Source: Acetobacterales bacterium (GTDB lineage: Bacteria; Pseudomonadota; Alphaproteobacteria; Acetobacterales; Acetobacteraceae). Taken from it: a stretch of DNA of 64,000 nt. The position numbers and the translations under genes are program-made. Each line of letters begins with the position of its first letter. Positions within the stretch are counted from its first letter, which is position 1. Below the pieces are notes generated by a model, which saw only the letters and a program-made list of their open reading frames with translations, searched no databases and had not been told where the DNA came from. Location of the stretch: NCBI GenBank assembly GCA_038249305.1, contig JBBRWI010000001.1, forward strand, positions 1,172 through 65,171, written 5' to 3'. This document shows positions 20,781 through 30,278 of the stretch, piece after piece.

Positions 20781-21755
20781 TCAGGCCAAATGACAGGCGA
20801 CCGCGCGACCCGGGCCGATTGCACGCAGCAGCGGCGCTTCGTCCGCGCAGCGCGCCACAGCCAAGGGGCAGCGGTCGTGGAAATTGCAGCCGGAGGGCTG
20901 GTTGAGCTGATCGGGTAGCCCGCCCTTGATCGGCAATTGGCCGCGATCCTGATCGACGCGCGGCACCGGCACGGCGGCGACGAGCGCGCGCGTGTAGGGG
21001 TGTGCGGCGGCCGCGATCACCTCTGCCGTCGGACCGGACTCGACGATGCGGCCGAGATACATCACCGCCACCTCCTCACAGACGTAGCGAATGAGCGCGA
21101 GGTCGTGGCTGATGTAGATGGCGGCGAGGCCCAATTCGTCGCGGGCGCGGCGCAGCACGTTCAGCACGCCCGCGCGCACCGAGACATCGAGCATCGAGAC
21201 GGGTTCATCCGCGATGATCGCACGCGGATGCGAAACCAGCGCGCGCGCCAGCACCACGCGCTGCAATTGCCCGCCGGAAAGTTCGTGCGGGTGGCGGTCG
21301 AGATAAGCCTCGGGCGGGTCGAGCCGCACGCGGCCCATGGCTTCGAGGATGCGGGCTTCCGCCTGGTCATCCGGCACGCCGAAGTTGCGCAGCGGCTCGG
21401 CCAGCGAGCGGCGGATGGTGAAGCGCGGGTTCAGCGCGTCGAAGGGGTTCTGGAACACCAGCTGCACGCGCGACCGAAAGGGCAGCAGCGCCTGGCCGTG
21501 CAGTGCCGAGACGTCTCGGCCCTCGAACAACACGGTGCCGGAGGTCGCCTCCTCCAGCCGCAGCAGCAGCCGCGCGGTGGTGGTCTTGCCGCAGCCGCTT
21601 TCGCCGACGATGCCGAGCGCGCGCCCGGCGGCAACCGAGAACGAAACCCCATTCACCGCGCGCACCATTGGCCGATGGCCGCGCAGCATATCGCCGAGGC
21701 GGCGTGACGCCGGGAAGGCCTTCACCAGATCATTGGCGGCGATCAGCGGGACCAT
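20781..21755 (-). CDS. Peptide ABC transporter ATP-binding protein (DppF/OppF-like)
   Basis: Walker A GESGCGKTT, signature LSGGQLQR and a C-terminal oligopeptide-type extension. Confidence 0.85.
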   Translation of the reverse strand: MVPLIAANDLVKAFPASRRLGDMLRGHRPMVRAVNGVSFSVAAGRALGIVGESGCGKTTTARLLLRLEEATSGTVLFEGRDVSALHGQALLPFRSRVQLVFQNPFDALNPRFTIRRSLAEPLRNFGVPDDQAEARILEAMGRVRLDPPEAYLDRHPHELSGGQLQRVVLARALVSHPRAIIADEPVSMLDVSVRAGVLNVLRRARDELGLAAIYISHDLALIRYVCEEVAVMYLGRIVESGPTAEVIAAAAHPYTRALVAAVPVPRVDQDRGQLPIKGGLPDQLNQPSGCNFHDRCPLAVARCADEAPLLRAIGPGRAVACHLA

Positions 21756-22747
21756 GTCACGGCCTCCGCCGCGCGGGGGCGTAGCAGCGGCGCTTCACTG
21801 GTGCGCCAACAGGCGGCGTGGTGGTCGGGCGATTCCTCGACGAGTACCGGGTCCGCCGCGCAGCGCGCCTCCACGAAGGGGCAACGCGGCGCGAAGCGGC
21901 AGCCGCTGGGCGGGTTGAGCAGCGACGGCGGCGCGCCCTCGATCGGCACGAGGTCCCCACCCGCACGCTCCAGATCGGGAAAGGCGTTCATCAGCCCCAT
22001 CGTGTAGGGGTGCAGCGGCGCCTCCAGCACGGCGCGCACCGGACCGCTTTCCACCACCCGGCCCGCATACATCACGACCACGCGGTCGCAGGCATAGGCG
22101 ACCACCGCGACGTCATGCGTCACCAGGATCATCGCCAGGCCAAGCCGCGCCTGCAATGCGCGCATCACATCCAGCACCTGGCGCTGGACAATGACATCGA
22201 GCGCCGTCACCGGTTCGTCCGCGATCAACAGCGCGGGTTCGAGCGCGAGGGCGATCGCGATGGAGGCGCGTTGGCGCATGCCGCCCGAGAATTGGTGCGG
22301 CCAATCGCGCAGCCGCCCGGCATCGAGGCCGACGAGGGCGAACAATTCCTCGGCGCGCTTCGCTGCCGCGCCCTTCGCAAGCCCGCCGCGTTCGGTCAGC
22401 ACTTCCAGGATCTGGTTGCCGACGCGCTGCACCGGATCGAGCGCATTCATCGCCGTCTGCGGCACGAAGGACATGCGGCGCCACAGCAGCTTGCGATGCT
22501 CGGCGGGGGAAAGGGTCACGAGGTCTCGCCCCTCGAACACCGCACGGCCGGCGACGATGGCGGCGGTGCGCGGCATCACGCCCATCAGCGCGCGGCCGAG
22601 CGTGGATTTGCCGCAGCCGCTTTCGCCGACCAGGCCCACGATGGAGCCCGCCGGCACGTCGAAGCTTGCGCCATCCACGGCGCGCACCTGCCCCGCCGCG
22701 GTGCGGTAATGCACCGCCAGATCGCGGACCTGCAACAGCGGTTCCAT
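21743..22747 (-). CDS. Peptide ABC transporter ATP-binding protein (DppD/OppD-like)
   Basis: Walker A GESGCGKST and signature FSGGMRQR. The likely ATG at 22747 overlaps the permease stop (ATGA). Confidence 0.85.
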   Translation of the reverse strand: MEPLLQVRDLAVHYRTAAGQVRAVDGASFDVPAGSIVGLVGESGCGKSTLGRALMGVMPRTAAIVAGRAVFEGRDLVTLSPAEHRKLLWRRMSFVPQTAMNALDPVQRVGNQILEVLTERGGLAKGAAAKRAEELFALVGLDAGRLRDWPHQFSGGMRQRASIAIALALEPALLIADEPVTALDVIVQRQVLDVMRALQARLGLAMILVTHDVAVVAYACDRVVVMYAGRVVESGPVRAVLEAPLHPYTMGLMNAFPDLERAGGDLVPIEGAPPSLLNPPSGCRFAPRCPFVEARCAADPVLVEESPDHHAACWRTSEAPLLRPRAAEAVTWSR

Positions 22748-23628
22748 CAATCCCCCAGCTTCGGAAACAGCAGCTTCTCCGACCCGCGCGAGATCAGGAA
22801 TCCGGCCAGGACGAGCAACACGATGCAAAGGCCTGGTGGAATGAACCACGCCCAGACGCCGCGCGACAGCGCCTGATTGTTGAAGGCGTCCTGCAGCATC
22901 AGCCCCCAGGAAATCGCGCTGGGATCGCCGAAGCCGAGGAAGGAAGCCGAGGCCTCGGTCAGGATCGCCCAGCCGACCGCGATCGATCCGTACAGCGCCG
23001 CCAATGGGGCGACCTGGGGCGCGATGTGCACGAAGATGATGCGCGTGGGCGAACAGCCGGTGACGCGCGCGGCCTCCACCCAGCCGCGCTCACGCAGGCT
23101 CAGCACCTGCGAGCGGATGACGCGCGCCGTATTGGGCCACAGCAACAGGGCGACGGAGGCGACAAGCGTGGTGGTGCTCGGCCGTGTCAGCGCCGAAATC
23201 ACCAGCACGAAGGGCAGGAAAGGCAGGCCGATCACCACATCGGCGATACGCATGACGAGGCGATCGACCCAACCGCCGAGATAGCCCGACAGCAGGCCGA
23301 ACAACGTGCCCAGCACCACCACGCAGAAGGCCGCGGTGACGCCCACGGTCAGCGCCGAGCGCGTGCCGTACACCAGTTGCGAGAACACATCCCGCCCACC
23401 CGCCGTGGTGCCGAGGAAATGCGTCATCGAGGGCGGCAGGTAGCGCGCCACGCGGAAGGTGCCGCTGAACAGGATCTGCCGCGGGTCATGCGTCGCGACC
23501 TGGTCTGCGAAGATCGCGACCAGCGCGAACAGCAGGTAGATCGCGATGCCGACGAAGGCGAAGGGCTGGCTGCGCAGAAATCCCCAGGCGCGCCGCACCG
23601 CACCTGGCTTCGCGGGATGGCCGGACAC
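22747..23628 (-). CDS. Peptide ABC transporter permease (DppC/OppC-like)
   Basis: Typical RRAWGFLRSQPFAFVG N-terminus with a 6-TM pattern. The GTG at 23628 lies 4 nt after the dppB-like stop; the longest ORF reaches 23676. Confidence 0.8.
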   Translation of the reverse strand: MSGHPAKPGAVRRAWGFLRSQPFAFVGIAIYLLFALVAIFADQVATHDPRQILFSGTFRVARYLPPSMTHFLGTTAGGRDVFSQLVYGTRSALTVGVTAAFCVVVLGTLFGLLSGYLGGWVDRLVMRIADVVIGLPFLPFVLVISALTRPSTTTLVASVALLLWPNTARVIRSQVLSLRERGWVEAARVTGCSPTRIIFVHIAPQVAPLAALYGSIAVGWAILTEASASFLGFGDPSAISWGLMLQDAFNNQALSRGVWAWFIPPGLCIVLLVLAGFLISRGSEKLLFPKLGD

Positions 23629-23632
23629 GGCG

Positions 23633-24610
23633 CTAGCGCTTTGCACCGACGGACACCCTCGGGTCGAGCCAAGCATAAAGCAAGTCCGCCACCATGTTCA
23701 TCAGCACCAGCACGCCCGCGATCATGATGAAGGCGCCCTGCGCCAGGGGGTAATCCGCCCCCTGCACGGCCGAAACCAGCACACGCCCAAGGCCGGGCCA
23801 GGAGAAGACGGTCTCGATCACCACATTGCCGCCGAAGGATTGGCCGAGGCCCAGCGCGAAGGCCGTCGCCACCGGCAGCAGCGCATTGCGTGCCGCGTGT
23901 CGCATCACGATGGCCCAGCGCGACAGGCCCTTCATGCGCGCCATAACGATGAACTCGTCATTCAGCACTTCCAGCATGGTGGCGCGCATCAGCAGCAGCG
24001 GCAGCCCTTGCAGATACAGCGCGAGCGTCAGCGCCGGCAGCACGAGATGCCACAGGAAATCCGCCGAGGTCAGCCGCGCCCATTCGGAGGTGAATTCAGA
24101 CCCCGCGACGTTGGCGCCGGATGCGGGGAAGATGCCCAGGCCGAAGGACAGCCACGCCAGCAGGATCATGCCGAGCCAGAATTCGGGCGCGGCGCGCGTG
24201 ATCAGCGCGGCCGGAATGGCGATGCCCTCCACCACCGTGCCGCGCGCAAAGGCCAGGTACGCCCCGGCGATGATGCCGAAGGCGTAGGCCACCACCAGCG
24301 CGCTGACCGTCAGGGCCGCGGTGTTCGGCAGCGCTTCGAGCAGGATGTCGAGCACCGGCCGCTTCTGCAGGAAGGACACGCCGAAATCGCCCTGCAACAG
24401 GCTCCACATGTACAACAGGTACTGCTCATGCAGCGGCTTATCCAGGCCGAAGGCATTGAGCAGCGCTAGTCGCATTTCATCGCTGAAGGATTCCGACAGG
24501 AAGTTCAGTGTCGGATCTCCCGGCATCAGCCGGAACAGCAGGAATGTCAGCGACGCGATCGCCCACAGCACGAACAGCGCATGGCCAAGCCGCCCGAGAA
24601 CGCGCTTCAA
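23633..24610 (-). CDS. Peptide ABC transporter permease (DppB/OppB-like)
   Basis: N-terminus MKRVLGRLGHALFVLWAIASLTFLLFRLMPGDP and an EAA-type loop. Confidence 0.85.
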   Translation of the reverse strand: MKRVLGRLGHALFVLWAIASLTFLLFRLMPGDPTLNFLSESFSDEMRLALLNAFGLDKPLHEQYLLYMWSLLQGDFGVSFLQKRPVLDILLEALPNTAALTVSALVVAYAFGIIAGAYLAFARGTVVEGIAIPAALITRAAPEFWLGMILLAWLSFGLGIFPASGANVAGSEFTSEWARLTSADFLWHLVLPALTLALYLQGLPLLLMRATMLEVLNDEFIVMARMKGLSRWAIVMRHAARNALLPVATAFALGLGQSFGGNVVIETVFSWPGLGRVLVSAVQGADYPLAQGAFIMIAGVLVLMNMVADLLYAWLDPRVSVGAKR

Positions 24611-24620
24611 AACACGACAA

Positions 24621-26300
24621 TCACTGGAAGGCGGGCGTCGTCTCGCGCACGCCGGGGGGATAGTGCAGGCGCCCGTTCACGATACGGTACCCCGCCTCCT
24701 GCAGCAGGCGCCGCGCGCCTTCCAGGTTAGCGCCGGGCACCCGCCCCTCGATCCCCGGCAGATGCCAGGCGGAGAGCGCCGGCGAGACCAGCGAGTTGGA
24801 GGGAACCGCCTGCCCGTTCCACGCTGCCCCGGCCATCATCTCCCGGTTCACGGCGGCCGACATGGCGCGGCGGAAAGCGGGGTCGGAGAAGGGCGGGCGG
24901 CGGTTGTTCATGCCGACGAACTGGAAGCCGATATCCACCCCCTCACGGATCGCGATCATCGTGGCCTGGGATTGCGCCATGCCCTTCAGCAGGTCCGGGT
25001 CGCCGGTGTAGTCGGCGATCACGTTGATCTCGCCACGGCGGAAGGCGCCCAGCGTGGCTTCGATGTTGGTGATGATGCGCATGATCCAACGATCCGCCTT
25101 GGGCTTGGCCCAATGGTTCGGGTTCGCTTCGAGCACCACTTCCTCATTCACGCGCGAGCGTACGAAGCGATAGGGGCCGGAGCCGATCGGCCGCTCCTCG
25201 ACATAGGATTCCAGATTCTGCGGGCGATTCTGGTAGTCGGCCAGCACGGGCGCCCAGGTCGCCTTGGACACGATGTTGAGCTTCGCCAACACCGAAATCC
25301 GAAACGCTGCGTCCGGATTCTTCAGCTTGAACCGCACCGTGCGTGCATCCGTGGCGCTCACGCTCTCGATGTTCTGCACGAAGGGCCGGTACATGGGCGA
25401 TTCATTGCCCATCCCCGGTGCCTCGAAGCTGAACACCACGTCGTCCACCGTGACGGGCGCGCCGTCATGGAAGGTCATGCCCGCGCGCAGCACGCAGTCG
25501 ATCGTGGTGGCGTCCACCTGCGTCACCGTCTCGGCCGCCCAGGGCCGCGGCAGGCCGTCCGGGCCCACGCGCATCATGCGGTCCCAGACCAGGTCGGTCA
25601 CCCACGAATCGGGCGCGCCGCTGATATAGAAGGGGTTGGTCGCCTTCACCGGCTCGGTGCTGTTGACGATGATGTCGCGCTGGCGGCCGGTCGGCGTCAG
25701 GCCGATCCAGTTCCAGAAATTGCGGATGCCGAGGCCGGCCTGGTTCACCGCGCTGGCTTCGGCAAAAACCTGCTTGTTGAAGGCTTGCAGGTTCACGGGA
25801 TGCACGAGGAAGGCGTAGGGCTGGTCGCGGTTCACCAGCTCCTGTACCTGGCGGACGATTTGCTGGCGGCGCGGCTGGTCCATCTCCACGCGCTGCGCCT
25901 GGGCGAGGACGTCGTACTCGGGGTTGTTGTAGCCGACGAAGTTGAAGCCCGTCGCGATGTTCGCGGAATGGAACAGGTTGAACACCAACTCGTCCGGGTC
26001 GCCACGCTCGGGTCGGCCGACCATCTGCCACATCGTCGCGTCCCAGCGCTGCCGCTCGTTCCACACCACCTGACTGTGTGCCTGGTTCGGCATCGGGCGA
26101 AGCTCGACTTGTAGGCCGAGTTTGCGCCATTCCTGGGCAATAAGTTCAGCCGCCTGGTAGGCCGCCGGCGCCCCTGCCTGCGGCCGGGTCAGCAGCACCA
26201 GCGGGCGGACAGGGTCGCCCTGGCCCGCCTGCGCGAGGGCTTCCAGGTGCGGAAGCGCAGTCAGGGAGGTGGCGGCAAGCAGCAGGGTGCGGCGGTTCAT
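24621..26300 (-). CDS. ABC substrate-binding protein, family 5 (DppA/OppA-like), apparently circularly permuted
   Basis: ATG at 26300 gives MNRRTLLLAATSLTALPHLEALAQA (RR signal). The family-5 motifs appear in non-canonical order (see finding). The rest of the 1217-aa track ORF is antisense to the M28 gene. Confidence 0.8.
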   Translation of the reverse strand: MNRRTLLLAATSLTALPHLEALAQAGQGDPVRPLVLLTRPQAGAPAAYQAAELIAQEWRKLGLQVELRPMPNQAHSQVVWNERQRWDATMWQMVGRPERGDPDELVFNLFHSANIATGFNFVGYNNPEYDVLAQAQRVEMDQPRRQQIVRQVQELVNRDQPYAFLVHPVNLQAFNKQVFAEASAVNQAGLGIRNFWNWIGLTPTGRQRDIIVNSTEPVKATNPFYISGAPDSWVTDLVWDRMMRVGPDGLPRPWAAETVTQVDATTIDCVLRAGMTFHDGAPVTVDDVVFSFEAPGMGNESPMYRPFVQNIESVSATDARTVRFKLKNPDAAFRISVLAKLNIVSKATWAPVLADYQNRPQNLESYVEERPIGSGPYRFVRSRVNEEVVLEANPNHWAKPKADRWIMRIITNIEATLGAFRRGEINVIADYTGDPDLLKGMAQSQATMIAIREGVDIGFQFVGMNNRRPPFSDPAFRRAMSAAVNREMMAGAAWNGQAVPSNSLVSPALSAWHLPGIEGRVPGANLEGARRLLQEAGYRIVNGRLHYPPGVRETTPAFQ

Positions 26301-26450
26301 GGAGGCATCCTCATCCGGTCGAGGGAATGGGAGCATGATCCGTGCCACCAGCGCCAGTGCCTCCCATGCGATTTCGCCGCCTTGCGCAACGCTTCGCACG
26401 GTGCTGCGATCGTGCCGTTCCGCCCTGTGACGTCTCAAGGACTGCAAATC

Positions 26451-28187
26451 ATGTCGATCTCCGCCGAAGAGCAGCGCTTTCTCGATGCCATCACCCTCGA
26501 CGCCCCCTGGGATCTGGTGACGACCTTCGCAGGGATGCATCGCTGGCGGCCGGATGATGTGAACACCGCCTGCGACGTGATCGTGGACCGGCTGCGCAGG
26601 CATGGCATACCTGTGGAGGTTCATGCGCCGGAGATCTGCCTCTCGGTGCCACACGACGCGTCGGTCACGGCGGGCGGCATGACGTATCGGGCGAAGCCGC
26701 CATCCTCGGCACTGAGCGTGCCGGAGGGGCGCACGGCAGCCTTGGTCATGCTGAACGCCAACCCCAAGGCGCTGCGCTCCTACAACCGCGACATTGCCAC
26801 ACTGTTCGGCGGCACCATCACTTCGGTCGAAGAAGTTAAGCAGAAAGTCGCGGGCAAGATCGTGGTCATGCAGGGCTTCGGCAACCCCGCCCTGACCAGC
26901 CTGATCGAGGAATGGGGCGGCGTCGGCCTGATCGCAGTCAATCCGGGCATTGATATCCATTGGGGCACCTGCACCACGATCTGGGGCAGCCCCGACCTGC
27001 ACGACCTGCCGCGCAAGCCCAAGATCCCGGTCGTCGCCGTCAACAACCCCGATGGCCAAAAGCTGATGGCGCTGGCCGAAGCCGGCGGTGAGGCCACGAT
27101 CCGCACGGTGATGGAGGAAGGCTGGTTCGCCCAGAAGATACCGGTGGTGACCATCCCCGGCGCCGAAGACCCCGAGAAGTACGTGCTGCTGCACGGCCAC
27201 TACGACAGCTGGGAAGTCGGTGTCGGCGACAATGCGACCGGCGACGCCACCATGCTGGAACTGGCCCGCGTGCTCTGGGCTAATCGCGCGAACATCAAGC
27301 GCGGCGTGAAGATCGCCTGGTGGCCCGGGCATTCGACCGGGCGCTATGCGGGCTCCACCTGGTTCACCGATGCCTTCGCGATCGACCTCGATGAGAACTG
27401 CCTGGCGCAGGTGAATTGCGACAGCCCCGGCTGCCGCTGGGCCACGAGCTACCACCAGACGCGGGCCTTCACCGAAAGTGCAGCATTCGCGACGCAGGCG
27501 ATCCGCGATGTGGTGCCGGATGCCGACATCGCCACCTTGCGCCCGCCCCAGGCCGGCGACTATTCTTTCAACAACATCGGCCTGTCGAGCTTCTTCATGC
27601 TGTCGAGCACGATGCCCGAGGCGCTGCGGCATGAGAAGGGCTACTACGACGTCTCCGGCTGCGGTGCGAACATCGCCTGGCACACCGAGAACGATACGTT
27701 GGAGATCGCCGACCAGAACGTGCTGATGACCGACATGAAGATCTATCTTCTGTCGATCCTGCGGATCATCAACGCCGATGTCCTGCCCTTCGACTGGACG
27801 GCGACCTGCGATGAATTCGCCGACACCATCGCCGGTTACGAAGCCGCGTCGAAGGGCGGCGCCGACCTCTCCGCCGCCCGCGCCGCCGTGGCCGAGTTGA
27901 AGGCCGCACTGACGGGGCTGGCTGCGGCGCCGGTCGCCGCGCGCAACGCCGCGGTGCAGGATCTGGCGCGCATCCTGGTGCCGATCAACTTCACGCGGGA
28001 GGCCCGCTTCGCACACGATCCCGCCTATACCCTGCCGCCGCTGCCCGGCCTCGCCGTCGCCGCCGAGTTGACGCTGCTCGATGCGAGCCTGCAAAAGCCG
28101 GCGCAGGTGGAATTGATGCGCGGGCAGAATCGTTTTGTTGCCGCCATGCGCGCGGCAACGAAGCGGGTGAAGCAGGCGAGCGCTTGA
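26451..28187 (+). CDS. M28-family metallopeptidase with PA-like insert, no signal peptide
   Basis: LLHGHYDSWEVGVGDNATGDATMLELARVL metal-ligand block. The ATG at 26451 is in frame with ORF 26247..28187. Confidence 0.7.
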   Translation: MSISAEEQRFLDAITLDAPWDLVTTFAGMHRWRPDDVNTACDVIVDRLRRHGIPVEVHAPEICLSVPHDASVTAGGMTYRAKPPSSALSVPEGRTAALVMLNANPKALRSYNRDIATLFGGTITSVEEVKQKVAGKIVVMQGFGNPALTSLIEEWGGVGLIAVNPGIDIHWGTCTTIWGSPDLHDLPRKPKIPVVAVNNPDGQKLMALAEAGGEATIRTVMEEGWFAQKIPVVTIPGAEDPEKYVLLHGHYDSWEVGVGDNATGDATMLELARVLWANRANIKRGVKIAWWPGHSTGRYAGSTWFTDAFAIDLDENCLAQVNCDSPGCRWATSYHQTRAFTESAAFATQAIRDVVPDADIATLRPPQAGDYSFNNIGLSSFFMLSSTMPEALRHEKGYYDVSGCGANIAWHTENDTLEIADQNVLMTDMKIYLLSILRIINADVLPFDWTATCDEFADTIAGYEAASKGGADLSAARAAVAELKAALTGLAAAPVAARNAAVQDLARILVPINFTREARFAHDPAYTLPPLPGLAVAAELTLLDASLQKPAQVELMRGQNRFVAAMRAATKRVKQASA

Positions 28188-29584
28188 CCCGCGCAGCGGC
28201 GATAGCCGCCGCAACCGGCACGCTCGACGATGGCAGCCTGCTGGCGCTGCTGGCGCGGCGCGTCGCCGTGCCAACCGCGAGCCAGGATGCGGACAGCGAG
28301 CCGCATCTCTGGCGATACCTGGAACACGAGATCGCGCCGGACCTCACGCGCATCGGCTTCACCTGCACGGTCTATCCGAACCCGACCGGCCGGGGCGGTC
28401 CCTTCCTGATCGGGCGCCGCATCGAGGACCCGGGCCTGCCGACACTGCTCACCTACGGCCATGGCGATACCGTGCGCGGCCTCGACGCCGAATGGCATGA
28501 GGGGCTTTCGCCCTGGGTGCTGACGCAGCGCGGCGAGCGCCTCTACGGCCGCGGCATCGTGGACAACAAGGGTCAGCACAGCGCGAACCTCGTGGCGCTG
28601 GAAGCCGTGCTGCGCACCCGCGGCAGGCTCGGCTTCAACGTCACCGTGCTGATCGAGATGAGCGAGGAAGTCGGCTCCCCCGGCATCGATGAGTTCTGCC
28701 GCGCGCATCGTGACGAACTCGCAGCCGATGTGCTGATCGCCTCGGACGGTCCGCGGCTGGTGCCGGACTGGCCGGCGCTGGTGCTGGGCACGCGCGGCGC
28801 GCTCAGCCTCGATTTGCGCGTGACCTATCGCGAGGGCGGGCATCATTCGGGCAATTGGGGCGGGTTGCTCGCGAATCCCGGCGTGCGCCTCGCGCATGCG
28901 ATCGCCAGCATCATCGACCGAAACGGCCGGGTGCTGGTGCGCGACATCGTGCCGGAGCACATGCCCAACAGCGTGCGCGCCGCCCTGGCGCGCTGCCGCG
29001 TGGATGGCGGCGTGGACGGGCCGGAGATCAACGCCTGGTGGGGCGAACCGGGCCTGACCGCCGCGGAAAAGGTGTTCGGCTGGAACACGTTTGAAGTGCT
29101 GGCCTTCAAATGCGGTCATCCCGAAGCGCCGGTGAACGCCGTGCCACCGGAAGCCTTCGCGCGCTGTCAGATCCGCTACACTGTGGACCGCGCGCCCGCG
29201 ACCTTCATCCCCGCCATCCGTCGCCATCTGACGGAGGCGGGTTTCGACGATGTGATGGTCAGCCCGGTCAAGGCCGGCGCCGAATGGGCGGCGACGCGCA
29301 TGGACCCCGACGGGCCCTGGCCACGCCTGGTTGCCGCCTCGGTCGAGGCCAGCATCGGCAAGGCGCCGATGATCGTCCCCAATGCCGGCGGCTCGTTGCC
29401 GAACGATACTTTCGCTGTCACGCTCGGCCTGCCCACCGTCTATATCCCGCATTCCTACAGCGGCTGTTCGCAGCACGCGCCGAACGAACACGCGCTGCTG
29501 CCGCTGATGCGCGAGGGCCTCGCCATCGCCGCCGGCGTGTTCTGGGACCTTGGCGAGCAGCCCTGGCCGAAGGACGCCGCATGA
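28184..29584 (+). CDS. M20/M25/M40-family dipeptidase-like metallohydrolase
   Basis: YGHGDTV and GRGIVDNKG motifs. The TTG start overlaps the M28 stop. Confidence 0.75.
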   Translation: MTRAAAIAAATGTLDDGSLLALLARRVAVPTASQDADSEPHLWRYLEHEIAPDLTRIGFTCTVYPNPTGRGGPFLIGRRIEDPGLPTLLTYGHGDTVRGLDAEWHEGLSPWVLTQRGERLYGRGIVDNKGQHSANLVALEAVLRTRGRLGFNVTVLIEMSEEVGSPGIDEFCRAHRDELAADVLIASDGPRLVPDWPALVLGTRGALSLDLRVTYREGGHHSGNWGGLLANPGVRLAHAIASIIDRNGRVLVRDIVPEHMPNSVRAALARCRVDGGVDGPEINAWWGEPGLTAAEKVFGWNTFEVLAFKCGHPEAPVNAVPPEAFARCQIRYTVDRAPATFIPAIRRHLTEAGFDDVMVSPVKAGAEWAATRMDPDGPWPRLVAASVEASIGKAPMIVPNAGGSLPNDTFAVTLGLPTVYIPHSYSGCSQHAPNEHALLPLMREGLAIAAGVFWDLGEQPWPKDAA

Positions 29585-29930
29585 CTCCCAATGCCGTCAC
29601 GGTCGAGATCATCAAGGGCGCGCCCAGGCTGAGTGCGAGGCGCTGCTGGAACGCACGGCGATGTCGCCGGTGATCCGCGAGAAGCAGGACTGTTTCATCG
29701 GTTGCTGCGGTGCCGATGGCAGGCTGGTGACGGGCACCAAGCTGCCGCTGTTCGGCGATGTGATGCGCCCGATCCTCGATCGATTCCCGGCCGAGGAGAT
29801 CCGGCCCGGCGACATCTTCTGGTACAATGACGGTTATGCGTCGCGCGGCGGTGTCTCCCGCACCTCCGACCAGGTTTTTGCAACGCAGGTTTTCGTGGAA
29901 GGCGCGCTGGTGGCCTTCGCGCAGATCTGG
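29581..29930 (+). pseudogene. Hydantoinase B (hyuB-like) N-terminal fragment, frameshifted and truncated
   Basis: ATG at 29581 overlaps the M20 stop (ATGA). MTPNAVTVEIIKGA is in one frame; from about 29625 AQAECEALLERTAMSPVIREKQD...DIFWYNDGY...VAFAQIW continues in another. Similarity to the intact HyuB at 18997..20769 stops at 29930. Confidence 0.75.
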
Positions 29931-29932
29931 TT

Positions 29933-30016
29933 ATCGGTGAAGGTGCCGCCAGCATCCACGGCTAGGGTAAGCGGCGCATTGGCTTCTGGTTCCGCCATCC
30001 CGAACTGTTCCGCCAT
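29933..30016 (-). pseudogene. Hydantoinase A (hyuA-like) N-terminal ~22-28 codon fragment
   Basis: The minus-strand translation ...PLTLAVDAGGTFTD matches the HyuA N-terminus (SVAVDIGGTFTD). It abuts the hyuB fragment head to head. Confidence 0.55.
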
Positions 30017-30278
30017 GCCTGCCCCGCAGAGTATCGCCGCACCGTAGGCCGCGCGACTGCAGGGCGTAAACATGCGCAGGCCGCCCGTGCGCCGGCGCAC
30101 GAACTTGCATCAGGTCAAAGCGCGCGTCCCGGCATGGATGGCGCATGGGCGACTTCGCGTGGCGCGGATGTGCCGGGCACATCCTGCAGGTTGCTGCGGC
30201 TCATCTGCACCAGTGACCCCTGCCGTGCGAGCGCCTGATCGCGGTTGATGGACGCCGGAGCCGCCGCGCGCAATCCGT

